Assembly (NCBI GenBank): GCA_030390025.1
Contig: CM059437.1
Coordinates: forward strand, 53,010,001 to 53,074,000
Length of the DNA: 64,000 nt
Direction of reading: 5' to 3'
DNA from: Squalus acanthias
Lineage: Eukaryota
Shown: positions 34,376 through 47,400 of the stretch, piece after piece
Layout of the letters: each line of letters begins with the position of its first letter
Position numbering within the stretch: the stretch's first letter is position 1
The notes under the pieces: generated by a model
What the model saw: only the letters and a program-made list of their open reading frames with translations
What the model was told of the DNA's origin: nothing
The model's database searches: none
Made by a program: the position numbers and the translations under genes

Positions 34376-36024
34376 ATGGAAGGAATGAGCACAATTCACA
34401 TCATTAAGAGAGCTCAGAATTACAGTGATGATGACATCAGCACACTCCTCAATGAGGTTGAGGCTAAGCTCCTGCGGATCCTTGGGAATGAGAAGTCCAG
34501 GGTGCCACGCAAAGGACAGATGACAGCTTGGTCAGAAGTTGCCCAGGCTGTCAGGAGCGAACTCCACCATTCCACAGACAGCGGAACAAAACCGCAAAAA
34601 ACCTAATGATTTAATGCGATCTGCCAAGGTTTGTACAGTTATTAGAAAAGTCGACTGTAATATTTCTTTAAGCTTAACAGAACTAGTATTAAAAAGCTCT
34701 TAGATGCACGTGTGTTGTCAAGTGACTTCATTGTCCAAGCATGTGAGCTTGCCATTAAAGTTTATGGCTTTGGGGCCAGCTCAGGGTCATCCATTGTGCT
34801 CTTATCTTGATTCCACAGGTTTGAGTTGTAAAATTTCAATTAGTGAGTGAAAAAAACCCTGTCTCCAAAGCAGGTTCTGTCCCTGTCTCAAAGGCACGTG
34901 GGTGGTCTCTGCAGAAAAAACTGCAGTTTCATGACGATTCATATTTTCTGTTTTCATTTCAAGTAAAATTGTTAACAACGCCAGAGAACATGCACTGACA
35001 GGCAGTGGTGTTGTCACGCTGAGGGATTTATCCGAGCATGAGGAAAGGGTCGAGCAGCTGCTTGGAATTAGTAGTGGCCGTACAGTGCCTGCTGCCCAAT
35101 CAGACATTGGGATAAGGAAAGGTGAGTTGGTCTGGCCGCTATATGTTTAAAAATGTTAAGTGTGTGTTGAATATCAACTTCTGTGATGTGGCAGGTCATG
35201 CTTTACCTTTGCAAATGTTTACTGTTTCCTTTCCACAGGGGGACAGCATACTTCTCACACACGGGATGAACAGTGTGTTGAATCTGAGGCCGCAGAGGGC
35301 ATTGGGGAAGGGGTTACAGATGCAGTGGGAGCAGTAAGTGAGGTGGTGGAGGAGGAGGAGGAATTTGCACTTTGTCAGCTAGTGGAAGAGGAGGGTATGG
35401 ACCCTGGGTGGCTGCACAGTACATCTCCATCTACTGGCCCCCCTGCCTCTGTGCGAGGCACAGATGACTGTCGTTCCACAGCCAGACGCCAACCTGATAC
35501 TGCAGAGCAGGTGGGAGAAGCAGAAAGACGTTCAACACTACGGAATGACATAGAAGCTCAGGGGCAACAGATTGAAGGGTTGAGGCAAGAGTTGTGTACT
35601 CTTCATGGGAAGAAAATTGACTCTCTTGCCTCCATCAGGCAGGGAATTGATGTTCTTGGTAAAGATGTTACTATGTCGCTTAATCAGATACTGTTGCAGT
35701 TGCAAAAACCAGATCATGTTACTATGGCGCTTAATCAGATACTATTGCAGTTGCAAAAAGCAGTTCATGTTACTATGGTGCTGAATCAGATAAATGAGTC
35801 TCTCGTTCCACTCTTGCAGTTGCTTGAAACAGGTTCTGCTGCCATTACTTTGCTCCTGCAGAACCGCCCTTACCTGCTCCCAGCGCAGAAACAGTGCAGC
35901 CCATGAGACAGCAGCTCCGCCAGTCCTGATGCAAGCAAACGGTGCCTTTCAGCAGCAGCGGCAGCAGCAGCAGCAACCCTATCAGGAGGCAATTGCTGAA
36001 GGGCAAGAGATGGCACACAGGGGC
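34376..36024 (+). pseudogene. Harbinger Myb/SANT-like DNA-binding protein gene, about 3 exons, disrupted
   Basis: KRAQNYSDDDISTLLNEVE...AWSEVAQAV, frameshift near 34555, then TAEQNRKKPNDLMRSAK|GT (34628). Exon 2 at about 34962-35121 (NNARE..TGSG). Exon 3 from 35239 is acidic and coiled-coil-like. Confidence 0.78.
35664..35792 (+). repeat. Coding 51-bp tandem repeat, about 2.5 copies
   Basis: DVTMSLNQILLQLQKPD / HVTMALNQILLQLQKAV / HVTMVLNQI. Confidence 0.85.
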
Positions 36025-36611
36025 CTTTCAATTGGCAGCAGAGGACTCCAGTCATGGGGAAGGGGAAAGCGCAGGAGACAGTAGGTTGTCACCTTTTGCA
36101 CAATCCACCTCCTTTGACTCTCAGGCACAGATGCGAGGGGGCAAATCGTCAATTCTTTAATGTTTCGTTTTATTTAAATGTTAAATGTTGTCGTTGCTTT
36201 TTTTATTGAAATATATATTTGTGACTGAAAGTGTATGTAACCTTTTCGTTTAAAAAGTACAGCCTCCAGTCACTTTGAAAAAAATTCAACTTTTTTATTT
36301 GCAGAAATATTTAAAATTACAACTGTTTGAAAATTAGAAAATAGCTAGTTTCCATCTTGAATGTCTTTATTGCACTAAGAAACCAAAAAAGTCACTTTAA
36401 ACTGTTTACAAATTTTATTCAAAAAAATTATATTTGCGAATGTTTGAAAAGTAGAAAATAGCTAGTTAACATTTAAAAGTTAAAAACTAAGAACATCAAA
36501 ACTGAACCTCAAAAGTCTTTGATGCTGCAATAAAAGTTCACTGTCTCACTTTAAATTGTGTCTGTTCCTTTCTTTGCCTTGCTGGGGGAGGGGTGGTACA
36601 AGGCAACACTA

Positions 36612-39600
36612 TCAATATTCAGGAAAGATAGGCAAAAAGGAAAGGGAGGTGGGGTAGCATTGCTGGTAAAAGAGGGGATTAACACAATTGTAAGGAAGGA
36701 TATCAGCTCTCTTGATGTGGATTCTGTATGGGTAGAACTGAGAAATACCAAGGAGCAGAAAACGTTAGTGGAAGTGGTTTATAGACCTCCAAACAGTAAT
36801 GCAGAGGTTGGGGTTGGCATTAATAGGGAAATTAGAGAAGCGTGCAATAAGGGCACAGCAGTCATCATGCGTGACCTTAATCTGCATATAGATTGGGCTA
36901 ACCAAATTAGTAACAATATTGTGGAAGAGGAATTGCTGGAGTGTTTACGGGATGGTTTCCTGGACCAATATGTCGAGGAACCAACCAGAGATCAAGCCAT
37001 CTTAGATTGGGTATTATGTAATGAGAAAGGATTAATTAGCAATCTTGTTATACGAGGCCCCTTGGGTCGGAGCGATCATAATATGATAGAATTCTTCATT
37101 AAGATGGAGAATGAAGTAGTTGACTCAGAGACGAGGGTCCTGAATTTAAATAAAGGAAACTACAATTGTATGAGGCGCGAGTTGGGTAGGATTGATTGGG
37201 GAATGTCACTCAAAGGGTTGACGGTGGATAGGCAATGGCAAACATTCAAAGACCGCAATGGATGAACTACAGAATTTGTTCATCCCAGTTTGGCATAAGA
37301 ATAAAACAAAGAAGGAGACTCAACCGTGGCTAACAAAGGAAATTAGGGCTAGCATAAGATCCAAAGAGAGGACAAATAAAATAGCCAGAAAAAGCAGTAA
37401 ACCTGAGAATTCGGAGCAGTTTAGGATTCAATAAAGGAAGACAAAGGGATTAATTAAGAAGGTGAAAATAGAATATGAGAGGAAGCTGCAGGGAACATAA
37501 AAACTGACTGTAAAAATTTTTATAGATATGTGAAGAGAAAAAGATTGATGAAGTCAAGCGTAGGTCCCTTGCAGTCAGAATCAGGGGAACTTATAATGGG
37601 GAACAAAGAAATGGCTGACCAATTAAATACATATTTTGGTTCTGTCTTCACAAAGGAGGACACAAATAACCTCCCAGAGATGTCAGGGAACATAGGGTCT
37701 GATGAAAGGGAGGAACTGAAAGAAATCAGTATTTGTAGGGAAATGGTGTTCAGGAAATTGACGGGATTGAAGGCCGATAAATCGCCAGGGCCTGATAATC
37801 TACATCCTAGGGTACTTAAGGAAGTGGCCCTAGAAATAGTAGATGCATTGCTGATCATCGTCCAACATTCGATGGAATCTGGAACAATACCCACGGATTG
37901 GAGGGTTGCTAATGTTACCCCTCGATTCAAAAACGGTGGTAGAGAGAAAATGGGGAATTACATCGGTAGTGGGGAAAATGCTAGAGTCCATTATAAAAGA
38001 TGTAATAGCAGAGCACTTGGAATACACTGACAGGATCGGACAAAGTCAACATGGATTTACAAAAGGTAAATCGTGCTTGACTAATCTACTGGAATTTTTT
38101 GAGGATGTAACTGGTAAAATAGATAAGGGAGAACCAGTGGATGTGGTGTATTTGGACTTTCAAAAGGCTTTCGATAAGGTCCCGCATAAGAGAATAGCGT
38201 GTAAAGTTATGGCACATGGGATTGGGGGCAAAGTATTGACTTGGATAGAGAACTGGTTAGCAGACAGAAAGCAAAGAGTTGGAATAAACGGGTCTTTGTC
38301 CGAGTGGCAGGCAGTGACTAGTGGGGTACTGCAGGGATCGGTCCTTGGACCCCAGCTATTCACAATATATATTAATAATCTAGAAAAGAGAACTAGATGT
38401 AATATCTCCAAGTTTGAAGACGACACAAAGCTGGGTGGGCGTGTGTGTTGTGAGGAGGATGCCGAGAAACTCCAGGATGATTTGGACAGGTTGGCTGATT
38501 GGGCAGCAGCATGCCAGATGCAATATAACGTGGATAAATGCGAGGTTATCCACTTTGGTGTCAAAAACAGGAAGGCAGATTATTATCTGAATGGCAATAG
38601 ATTGGGAGAAGGGGAAGTGCAACGAGACCTGGGTGTCCTTGTGTACCAGTCGCTGAAGGTAAGCATGCAGGTGCAGCAGGCGGTTAAGAAGGTAAATGGT
38701 ATGTTGGCCTTCGTAGCGAGAGGGTTTGAGTACAGGAACAAGGATGTCTTGCTGCAGTTGTACAGGACCTTGGTGAGACCACATCTTGAGTATTGTGTGC
38801 AGTTTTGGTCGCCATATCTGAGGAAGGAGGTTCTTGCCATGGAAGGAGTTCAGCGAAGATTCACCAGGCTGATACCTGGGATGGCAGGAATGACGTATGA
38901 GGCGAGATTATCATAACCTCAGCTCCAATCACATTTATATTTTATTTTATCCACCCTTTTATTTGTCCCCCCCCCCCACCTTTTTTTTCCTCCTAGAAGC
39001 TGGCAGCTGTCCTTCATTCTGCCAGTGGATTTCACACTTCATTCAGCCTTAATCTGTCACATTAACACCACCTCTAGCCTTGCATATCTCTTAATGTCTC
39101 TTAATGTCTCTTCATCTCTCCTTTTGTTCCTTTATCCCCTCCCCCTTTTCCCAGCTTTACCCTGGCCTTAAATCTATTTGATTTCCGGCTCTTCCCAGTT
39201 TTGATGAAAGGTCATCGACATGAAACGTTAACTCTCTTTCTCTCTCCACGGATGCTGCCTGGCCTGCTGAGTTTTTCCAGCGTTTTCTGTTGTTATTTCG
39301 GATTTCCAGCATCCGCAGTATTTTGCTATCGTATTGGGTCGATTGGGCTTATACTCGCTGGAGTTTAGAAGAATGGGAGGGGATCTCATTGAAACTTATA
39401 AAATTCTGACAGGACTGGACAGACTAGATGCAGGAAGGATGTTCCCGATGGTCGGGGAGTCCAGAACCAGGGGTCACAGTCTAAGGATAAGGGGTAAGCC
39501 ATTTAGGACAGAAATGAAGAGGAATTTCTTCACCCAGAGAGTGGTGAACCTGTGGAATTCTCTACCACAGAAGGCAGTAGAGGCCAATTCATTAAATATA

Positions 39601-39776
39601 TTCAAGAAGGAGTTGGATATATTTCTTAAAGCTAAAGGGACCAAGGGATATGGGGAGAAAGCAGGGACAGGGGTCTGAATTTGGATGATCAGCCATGACC
39701 GCATTGAATGGCGGAGCAGGCTCGAGGGGCCGAATGGACTACTCCTGCTCCTATCTTCTATGTTTCTATGTTTCTA
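36612..39776 (+). mobile_element. CR1 LINE with nearly complete but disrupted ORF2, inserted between the two Harbinger genes
   Basis: APE (VVYRPPNS, SDHNMIEF), RT (YLDFQKAFDKVPH, KFEDDTKL) and a (TTTCTATG)n tail. Confidence 0.93.
38911..39333 (+). mobile_element. Penelope-like family B 3' fragment inside CR1, with a mutated hammerhead core (39197-39233)
   Basis: Interrupts YEARL|GRLGLYSLEF. Motif AGUU-UUGAUGA-A-AGGUC-AUC-GACAU-GAAA-CGUU-AACU. Confidence 0.8.
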
Positions 39777-39779
39777 TCA

Positions 39780-40927
39780 TCACCTCGTGAAGGTGTTAGC
39801 TACTAGCAGTTCCTGAGCAGCCTTACTTCCGGCAGCACTTGGATCCTCCCCATCAGGCCTGGCCACAGGCACATTGGCATCGTCCATGACCTCCATTTCA
39901 GTAGGGAGCTCCTCTGCAGGGTTAAGGGTCAGTCCTTCCCGCAGGGCAAAGTTATGCAAAGCACAACAGGCCACCACAATCCTTGTCACTTTCAGAGGAG
40001 AATACTGCAAGGTCCCCCCTGACCTGTCCAGGCAGGGGAAGCATGATTTCAGAGCCCCAATTGTCCTCTCCACCACTTGCCGTGTGGACACGTGTGCCTG
40101 GTTGTATCTCTCTGAGCCTCATTATTGGTCTTGCGGTAATGAGTCATCAGCCATGGTCTTAGCGGGTAGCCCTTGTCGCCAAATATCCATGCGGATCCTG
40201 GAAGCAATGTGCTGAGGGTGCCATATAAGTCCGAGTTACGGAGGACGAAGGAGTCATGAGCACTTCCCTGGTGATCTGCATTCACGGTTTGAATCCTGAC
40301 GTGCGCATCACAGACCATCATGACATTCAATGAATGAAACCCCTTCCTGTTGATGTATGTCACAGGTGCATCCAGTGATGCCTTCAATGCAACATGGGTT
40401 CCATTGACGGCCCCAATCACTTTGGGGAATCCAGCAATGCTATAAAATGCAAGGGCCATCCCCTTTTGATGGTGAGTGGACAAGTCAAAGTCTATGAACT
40501 CTGAAGCCCTACGGAAAATGGCATCTGTGACCTGGTGAATGCAGGCCAAGGCAGCACTCTGGGAGATGTTGGAAATGTCACCGGTGCTTGCCTGAAATGA
40601 CACACTTGCAAAGAAGTTCAATGCTGTGGTTACCTTCATGATCACTGACAAGGCAGTGCGGATCTTCGAGCATGTTTGAAGGTCCTCCTTTAACATGTCA
40701 CATAGTCGGCTGATTGCCTCTTTACTGAAGCGCAGCCTCCTCACACACAACTCCTCCGACAGCATCTCAAATGACAGCCTCTCCCTGTACACTCTCTGGG
40801 GTGGGTAGTAGTTCCTCCTGATCAGGAGATGGTGATGGTTCCTCAGTCTTCTTTGTTGTTCTCTGGTGTTTCCAGTTCTCTGATGCACAATCGCACCGAG
40901 GATCAGGGCAACATCGTCAAAGGGCAT
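39780..40927 (-). pseudogene. Harbinger DDE transposase (HARBI1-like), inactivated
   Basis: FPKVIGAVNGTHV (first catalytic D replaced by N), YINRKGFHSLNV, GSAHDS, GDKGYP; frameshift near 40100; then RQVVERTIGALKSCFPCLD. Confidence 0.92.
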
Positions 40928-41749
40928 GTTTCTGCCTCACAGGCTTCCTCTTTAAACAGATGAAGTACTTGTAAGGAAAAAATGGAAAGAGTTGTAAAAG
41001 TAATTTTAATAAAGTGAGTGGCAAGAAAATCACGTCGGGCTATGGTGGGAAACGTGCGGTATCGGAATGGGAAAACGTCATACGCGCCTGATGAATATCA
41101 CGGCCCGAGATGATTTTCTAAGAGTTTAACATTTTCACAAAGTCATACATACAATTTTTAAAGGGCATGAAAAAGTTAACATGTAACTAATTGATACTTT
41201 CTGGCATAATTTTTAAAAACTTCAGTAAATGTTAAATCATTCTTTTTTAAACAGTCATTTTCATATTTAAGAAAATGAAATCTAATTCAATAGACCTTGC
41301 ACACAGCAAGAGCTGCTCTTTATAACTACACTACTCAAAACAAGATTCAAAACCGTTTTTAACAAATTAAAGTTGATAAAAACTTACCTCAGGCTTTCTA
41401 CAAAGAACTTTGCTCACTTTCACAATTAAAAATGTTCCGTTTCCAAGCCCACTGCTGAAAGAGTTCTTCTTCCTGCAGCTTCTTCCGGTAGAATGCATGC
41501 TGTATGCCTGCTTTTACTAGGCGCAGCTGTTTCGGACGTACCTGCACTGAAGCATTTGAGAAAAAATCGGAACTTTTATCCGGTAGCGCTGCCTATACTG
41601 CGCATGCGTTTGATCTCTCAAGCCCTTTCTTGACAGATCGGAAATGCCGGTTTCCAGCGCATGCGCTGTGCATGCCTGAAACCGGCATTTCCGATGTCCC
41701 AACGGGTGAGTACAAAGCGCGTACCCGTAGGGATCGGAATATCCGGGCC

Positions 41750-41992
41750 AATAAGAATGAAACCGGACCGACCACCCGGCATTGACCTTGGCACCGGCTA
41801 TGAACACTGCAATGGCACACCCAGCCCAGTCAACCCTGCAAAGTAACAGCACTGTGGGAGTACCTTCACCACACGGATTGCAGCGGTTCAAGAAGGCGGC
41901 TCACCACCACCTTCTCAAGGGCAACTAGTGATGGGCAATAAATGCTGGCCTTGCCAGCGACGCCCAGATCCCATAAGCGAATTTAAAAAAAA
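41750..41992 (+). mobile_element. Internally deleted LINE derivative (5' piece fused to 3' end)
   Basis: 41750-41800 matches the reverse complement of 20230-20278; 41845-41990 matches the 3' end at 18458-18605. Confidence 0.7.
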
Positions 41993-41994
41993 GG

Positions 41995-42540
41995 GAGGAA
42001 GCAGAAGAAGAAGGAAGGATGCAACCGAGACAGCCCCTTTCTGGCCAGGATATCTGAGATCGAATTAACCGCCTGCGGTACAAGTGACCACAACCCCAAT
42101 TTCCCTTTCAACATAGCGACACACCTTACCCTCCCTTCTGTACAGACCATCACAGCGTCCTCTTGGCCACAATGCTGCAATAAAAGCCACCACAAAACAT
42201 TCTTTTCAATTCAACTTTATACATCTATTCATCCAATATGACAGCAAGAAATCAACTGATCATCTATATGCATTCTCTTTTTGTCTGTCTTGTGTGTGCC
42301 TTTGCCTATCCTACTGATGTCACACTGTGCTACCCCAGTGGCTGCAGCATGACTGGTGGAAGGCTGCTGAATTTCAATTAGGGGAAACTGCAAATGGCCT
42401 TGCTGGTCGCCCTTGAGGAGCTGGTGGCTGAGTGTGTCGCTTTGAGTAATGCAGTTTCTTCTTCCTCTTCTTCTTGTTCTTCTTCACTCTCCTCTCCCTC
42501 TTCTTGGTCAACCACTGGCTGTCAGGCTGGAATTCCTGGG
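41995..42540. mobile_element. Probable Harbinger internal fragment
   Basis: The first 250 bp is the inverted homolog of about 21440-21670. The family assignment is inferred. Confidence 0.45.
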
Positions 42541-42571
42541 GGTGTGAACGGAGGAAGGCACAAGTGTGGAT

Positions 42572-43834
42572 TTGTGGTGAGGGGAGGGCGGGAAAGAAGG
42601 GGTGCATGCCAGAAGTAGTTAACATACTTCTGGCATACCATAATCTTGTATCCTTTCCGCAGTTGCTTGACCTGTTCACACACGCAACAGCTCCCCCGCA
42701 GAAGGCACTGTGCTGGACCAGGTGTCCGATGCAGGACGATATCAATAAATTAGCCAACTGGGCAGAACAGTGGCAAATGGAATTCAATCCGGAAAATTGT
42801 GAGGTAATGCATTTGGGGAGGGCTAACAAGGAAAGGGAATACACGTTAAATGGTAGGATACTGAGTAGTGTAGAGGAACAAAGTGACCTTGGAGTGCATG
42901 TTCACAGATCCCTGAAGGTAGCAGGCCAGGTAGATAAGGTGGTTAAGAAGGCATATGGAATGCTAGCCTTTATTAGCCGTGGGTTATGCTTCAACTGTAT
43001 AAAACACTAGTTAGGCCTCAGCTAGAGTACTGCGTGCAGTTCTGGTCACCACATTACAGGGAAGATGTGATTGCACTAGAGAGGTGCAGAGGAGATTTAC
43101 AAGGAAAGTTACCAGGAGTAGAGAATATTAGCTATGAGGAAAGATTGGATAGGCTGGGTCTGTTTTCCTTGGAACGGAGGAGGCTGAGGGGGACCTTATT
43201 GAGGTGTATAAAATTATGAGGGGCATAGATAAAGTGGATAGAAAAGACCTATTTCTCTTAGCAGAGGGGTCAAAATCCAGGGGGCACAGATGTAAAGTAA
43301 TTGGTGGATGGTTTAGAGGGGATTTGAGGGGAAATGTCTTCACCCAGAGGGTTGTGGGGGTCTGGAACTCACTGCCTGAAAGGGTGGTACAGGCAGGAAC
43401 CCTAATCACATTTAATAAGTACTTGGATGTGCAGTTGGGATGCTCTTGCCTGCAGGGCTACGGACCAAGAGCTGGGAAGTGGGATTAGGTTGGACAGCTC
43501 TTCGTTGGCCGGCGCAGACCCGATGGGCCGAAATGGCCTCCTTCCGTGCTGTAACTTACTATGATTCTATGATTCTCTGAACAATTTGCCACTCAAAAGC
43601 CCGCAAAAGGTCTGTGGGCATCTGTTGTGGTGAGGGGAGGGGGTTAAAGCAAGGGGTGCATGCCAGAAGTAGAATAACATACTTCTGGCATGCCAGCATC
43701 TTGTATCCTTTCCGCTGTTGCTTGACCTGCTCACACACGCAATAGTTTCCCTGCAGAAGGCACTGTGCTGGACCAGACGCCCGATGACAACAATTTGCCA
43801 CTCAAAAACCCGCAAAAAGTCTGAGGGCATCTGA
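42572..43834. repeat. Tandem repeat of about 209 bp (2 copies) with an internal hairpin; the first copy is split by CR1
   Basis: 42572-42731 plus 43580-43625 matches 43626-43834. Stem GCATGCCAGAAGTA / TACTTCTGGCATGC. Confidence 0.8.
42732..43578 (+). mobile_element. CR1 LINE 3' fragment
   Basis: [35 protein letters not shown] and an (ATTCTATG)n tail. Confidence 0.9.
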
Positions 43835-44489
43835 AAGAATGATGAAAGGCGAGTGTTGTTCCTTCGTCATTAACTTCAAAATCTGGGCCATTAATCATTC
43901 ATTACATTAAAGAACCTTGAGGCTGCTTTTGGGCCAGCATGTCAATCAATCTCAATGTCTCCAGCCAAGCGGCTAACTGACAACTTCCACAATAGGCAGA
44001 AACAGCCAACTAACGGTTTTCCCATGCAATGAACACATAAACATAGATAACCAATGGAGATAGTGTACCTTCCCACTTGAGTTTACCAAGGAGAGTTCAA
44101 GAACTGCTGATAATAACAACTTTGAATCAAAAGACCTATTCTACAGAAAAGCCTAAATTGAGTTATTTTCTTATACCAATTCCTTCGCTCCACCACTGGC
44201 GTCCGTGCCTTCAGCCATACAGGCCTATGTTCTGTAATTCCTTCGCCCACCTCCCCGCAAAACCTCTTTGCATCTATAACTCACTCTCCTCCTTGAAGAC
44301 CCTGCTTAAAACCTACCTCTTTGATCAAATGTTTGGTCGCCTGTCCTAAAGCATCCTTCTCTGGTTTGGTGTCAATGTTTGACTGATTGCCCTCTCGTGG
44401 CGTGTATTTGGACATTTTACTACATTAAAGGAGCTAAATAAATGCAAATTCTTCTCGTTATCTTGTGCTATGTTATGTTACATCTTGTT

Positions 44490-47400
44490 TCTAGCCTTTT
44501 GTAGCAAATGATTGTATCTACAGCATGAGGGCGTTTGTGGAGAGCAGCATTAGCCCAGGCAACCACATCTGCAGTAAGTGTCTGCAACTCGAGGAACATC
44601 ACTTCAGAGTTGTTGAGCTGGAGTCCCAGGTGCAGACATTCCGATGAATCAGGGAGGGTAGGAAGATACCTGGACATTTTGACCCAGGAGGCAGTCACAC
44701 CCCTTAGGTTCGGTAGTGATTTAGAGTTGGTTAGTGGTCAACAGGAGGATGTGACTGCGAATCAGGCAGGAAATAGGACATCAGATGCAGTGGGGGAGGA
44801 CTCTCAGCCTTTGCACTTGTCCAACAGGTACGACTTACTTGCTACTGGTGTGGATGAGAACAAAGACTGCAGGGAGGATGGTGAATTGAACACGGCACAT
44901 TGGTACAGGAGGCCATTCCATTAGGGGGAGCGAAAAGGAACGTGATCGTCGATACTATATTCAGGGAAACAGATACTGTTCTCTGCAGCCAATACCGGGA
45001 GTCTCGGAGGCTATGTTGCCTGTCTGGTGTCAGGGTTCATGTCAACTCCTCGCAGCTGGAGAACAGCTTGGAGCAGGAGGGGGAGGATCCTGTTGTTGTG
45101 GTCCATGTAGGAACCAACGACACAGCTAGAACTAGGATTGACGTTCTGCTGAGGGAGTTTGAGGAGCAAAACCTCTAAGGTTCTAAATAATGGGCCAAAA
45201 ATTCATCCCGCGACGCGAGAGTACGCAGTGCGTACTCTCGCGTATTCTCTCTCCAATTGCCGGTTTTCTGCATGCCCTGCGCATGCGCTGAAAACCGGCA
45301 CTTGGTCTTTTGAAAAGGGGGTGGTTCCTCGGTGCATCGCGTGCGCGCTGCAGGCTGCGCGCACGCTGTGCACTTCATGCTTTGGACGCGCAGGTAAGTA
45401 CGGAAGATTTTAGAAATGGAAAAAGGAGGAGTAAGACCCACTTTTAACAAGGTAAGTAGTGAATTAAGTATTTTTTTGATTTTTTTTTAACAGGTATATC
45501 TTTTTTAGAGACTTTAAAGACAGGTAAGTTTATTTTTATAACTTTTTAAAAGGTTTTAAATTTTTTCAAAAATTTAATTTTTTATTTAAAATGGTTAAAT
45601 TATTTAACTATACTTATTTTGTTAATGTGATGGTTTTTTTTTTAATTTAATTGAGGTTTAGCTGTTATTTTGGGGGGGTGTAAGATTCATAGATTTCACA
45701 GCCCTGCTGTGAAACTTATGAATGGAAGATGGTGTGCTGCCATTGGCTCTAACTGAGTCACGTGATCCCACAGCTCGCACGAATTCACTACGCCGGTGGG
45801 ATACGCAAGCACTGCCCAGCTGATGTCTGCAACATCAAGTTCGTGCGAGCTGGATCTGAAAAAGCACAAGCTGAGTGAGAGATCGCGGGGAAGACTTACC
45901 CCCGCGGGAACAGAGCGAGATCAATTTCTGGGCCGCCTCTGGGTTATTGCCGCACCAAATTTGCATAGGGAGAAACAGAAGAGAGGTTTAATGCGTGGCT
46001 GAAAGATGGTGTGCGTGACAGAGGGTTTAATTCATGGAGCAGTGGCACCAGTACTGTGGAAAGAGGGAGTGGTTCCGTTGGAACTGACTACACTAAAACT
46101 GGGCTGGAAACAGTGTCCTGACAAATCGAATAACTGGTGTGGTAGACAGGGCTTTAAACGAATAATAGAGAGTGGGGGGGGGCGGTTCAGGTAAGGATAA
46201 ATTTATAAATCTAAAGAGAAAAGTCAAGGCTGTAGAGTAGAGTAGCGATTTGGGTAAAATCAAGCAGAGTGTGTCAGGAAGGGACAGAGCGTTTAACAAC
46301 GGTAATAGGCATTAGCGACTGAGGCCACATCAGGGAAAATTAGTAAAAAGTTAAAATTAAAGGTGCTGTATCTGAATGCACGAAGCATTCATAACAAGAT
46401 AGATGAATTAATGGCACATATAGAGTAAAATTGGTTTGATCTAATAGCCATTATTGAGCCGTGGTTCCAGGGTGACCAATGTTGGGAACTAAATATTCCA
46501 GCGTGTTTGAATTTTAGAAAAGATAGGCAAAATGGAAAAGCAGATGGATAGCAATGATAATAAATGAAGAGATAAAAACAGTAGTGAGAAAGAATCTTAG
46601 CGCAGAAAATCAGGATGTAAAATCACTATGGATGGAGCTAAGAAATGACAAAGGGCAGCAAACACTGGTGGGACTAGATTATAGACCCCATAAGATTAGT
46701 TATTGTGTTGGACAGAGTAGGTCCCTTAGGGGCACAGACAGAAGAAATTACAATGGGGAATAAGGAAATAGCAGAGACATTAAACACATATTTTCTATCT
46801 GTCTCACGGTATAAGACACAAAAACAGAATGGAAATTGTGGAGAACCAAAGTAATGATGAGAGTGAGGAACTCCAATTAATTAATATTTGTGAAGAAAAA
46901 GTACTGGAGTAATTAATGGGATTAAAAGTCGACAAGTATCCTGATGGCCTTCATCATAGGATTTCAAAAGAGGTGGCAGCAGAGATGTTGGATGCCTGGT
47001 TTTATTCTTCCAGGATTCCCTAGATTCTTGACCAGTCCCCGTGGATTGGAAGGTAGGAAATATAACCCCACTATTCAAGAAAGAAGGGAGAGGGAAAACT
47101 GGGAACTATAGGCCAGTTAGCCTGACATCAGTAGTAGGGAAAATGCTAGAATCTATTACAAGGGACGGGGTAACAGGGCAATTAGCAATCATAATATGAT
47201 TAGGCAGAGTCAACACTATTTAATGAAAGGGAAATCGTGTTTGACAAATCAATCAGAGTTTTTTGAGGGTGTAACCGACAGGGCAGATAAGGGGAAACCA
47301 GTGGTTGTAGTATATTTGGATTTTGAGACGGCATTTGATAAGCTGCCACACAAGAGGTTGTTACACAAGATTATAGCTCATGGGATTAGGAGTAATATAT

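Larger units (their letters stand above)
31879..41749. mobile_element. Decayed autonomous-type PIF/Harbinger transposon (Myb/SANT gene plus DDE transposase, convergent) with nested Penelope and CR1
   Basis: Imperfect inverted termini of about 110 bp (GGGGCAGAAATTC... / GGCCCGGATATTC...), flanks TAT/AAT and two convergent genes. About 5 kb remains after removing the insertions. Confidence 0.8.
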
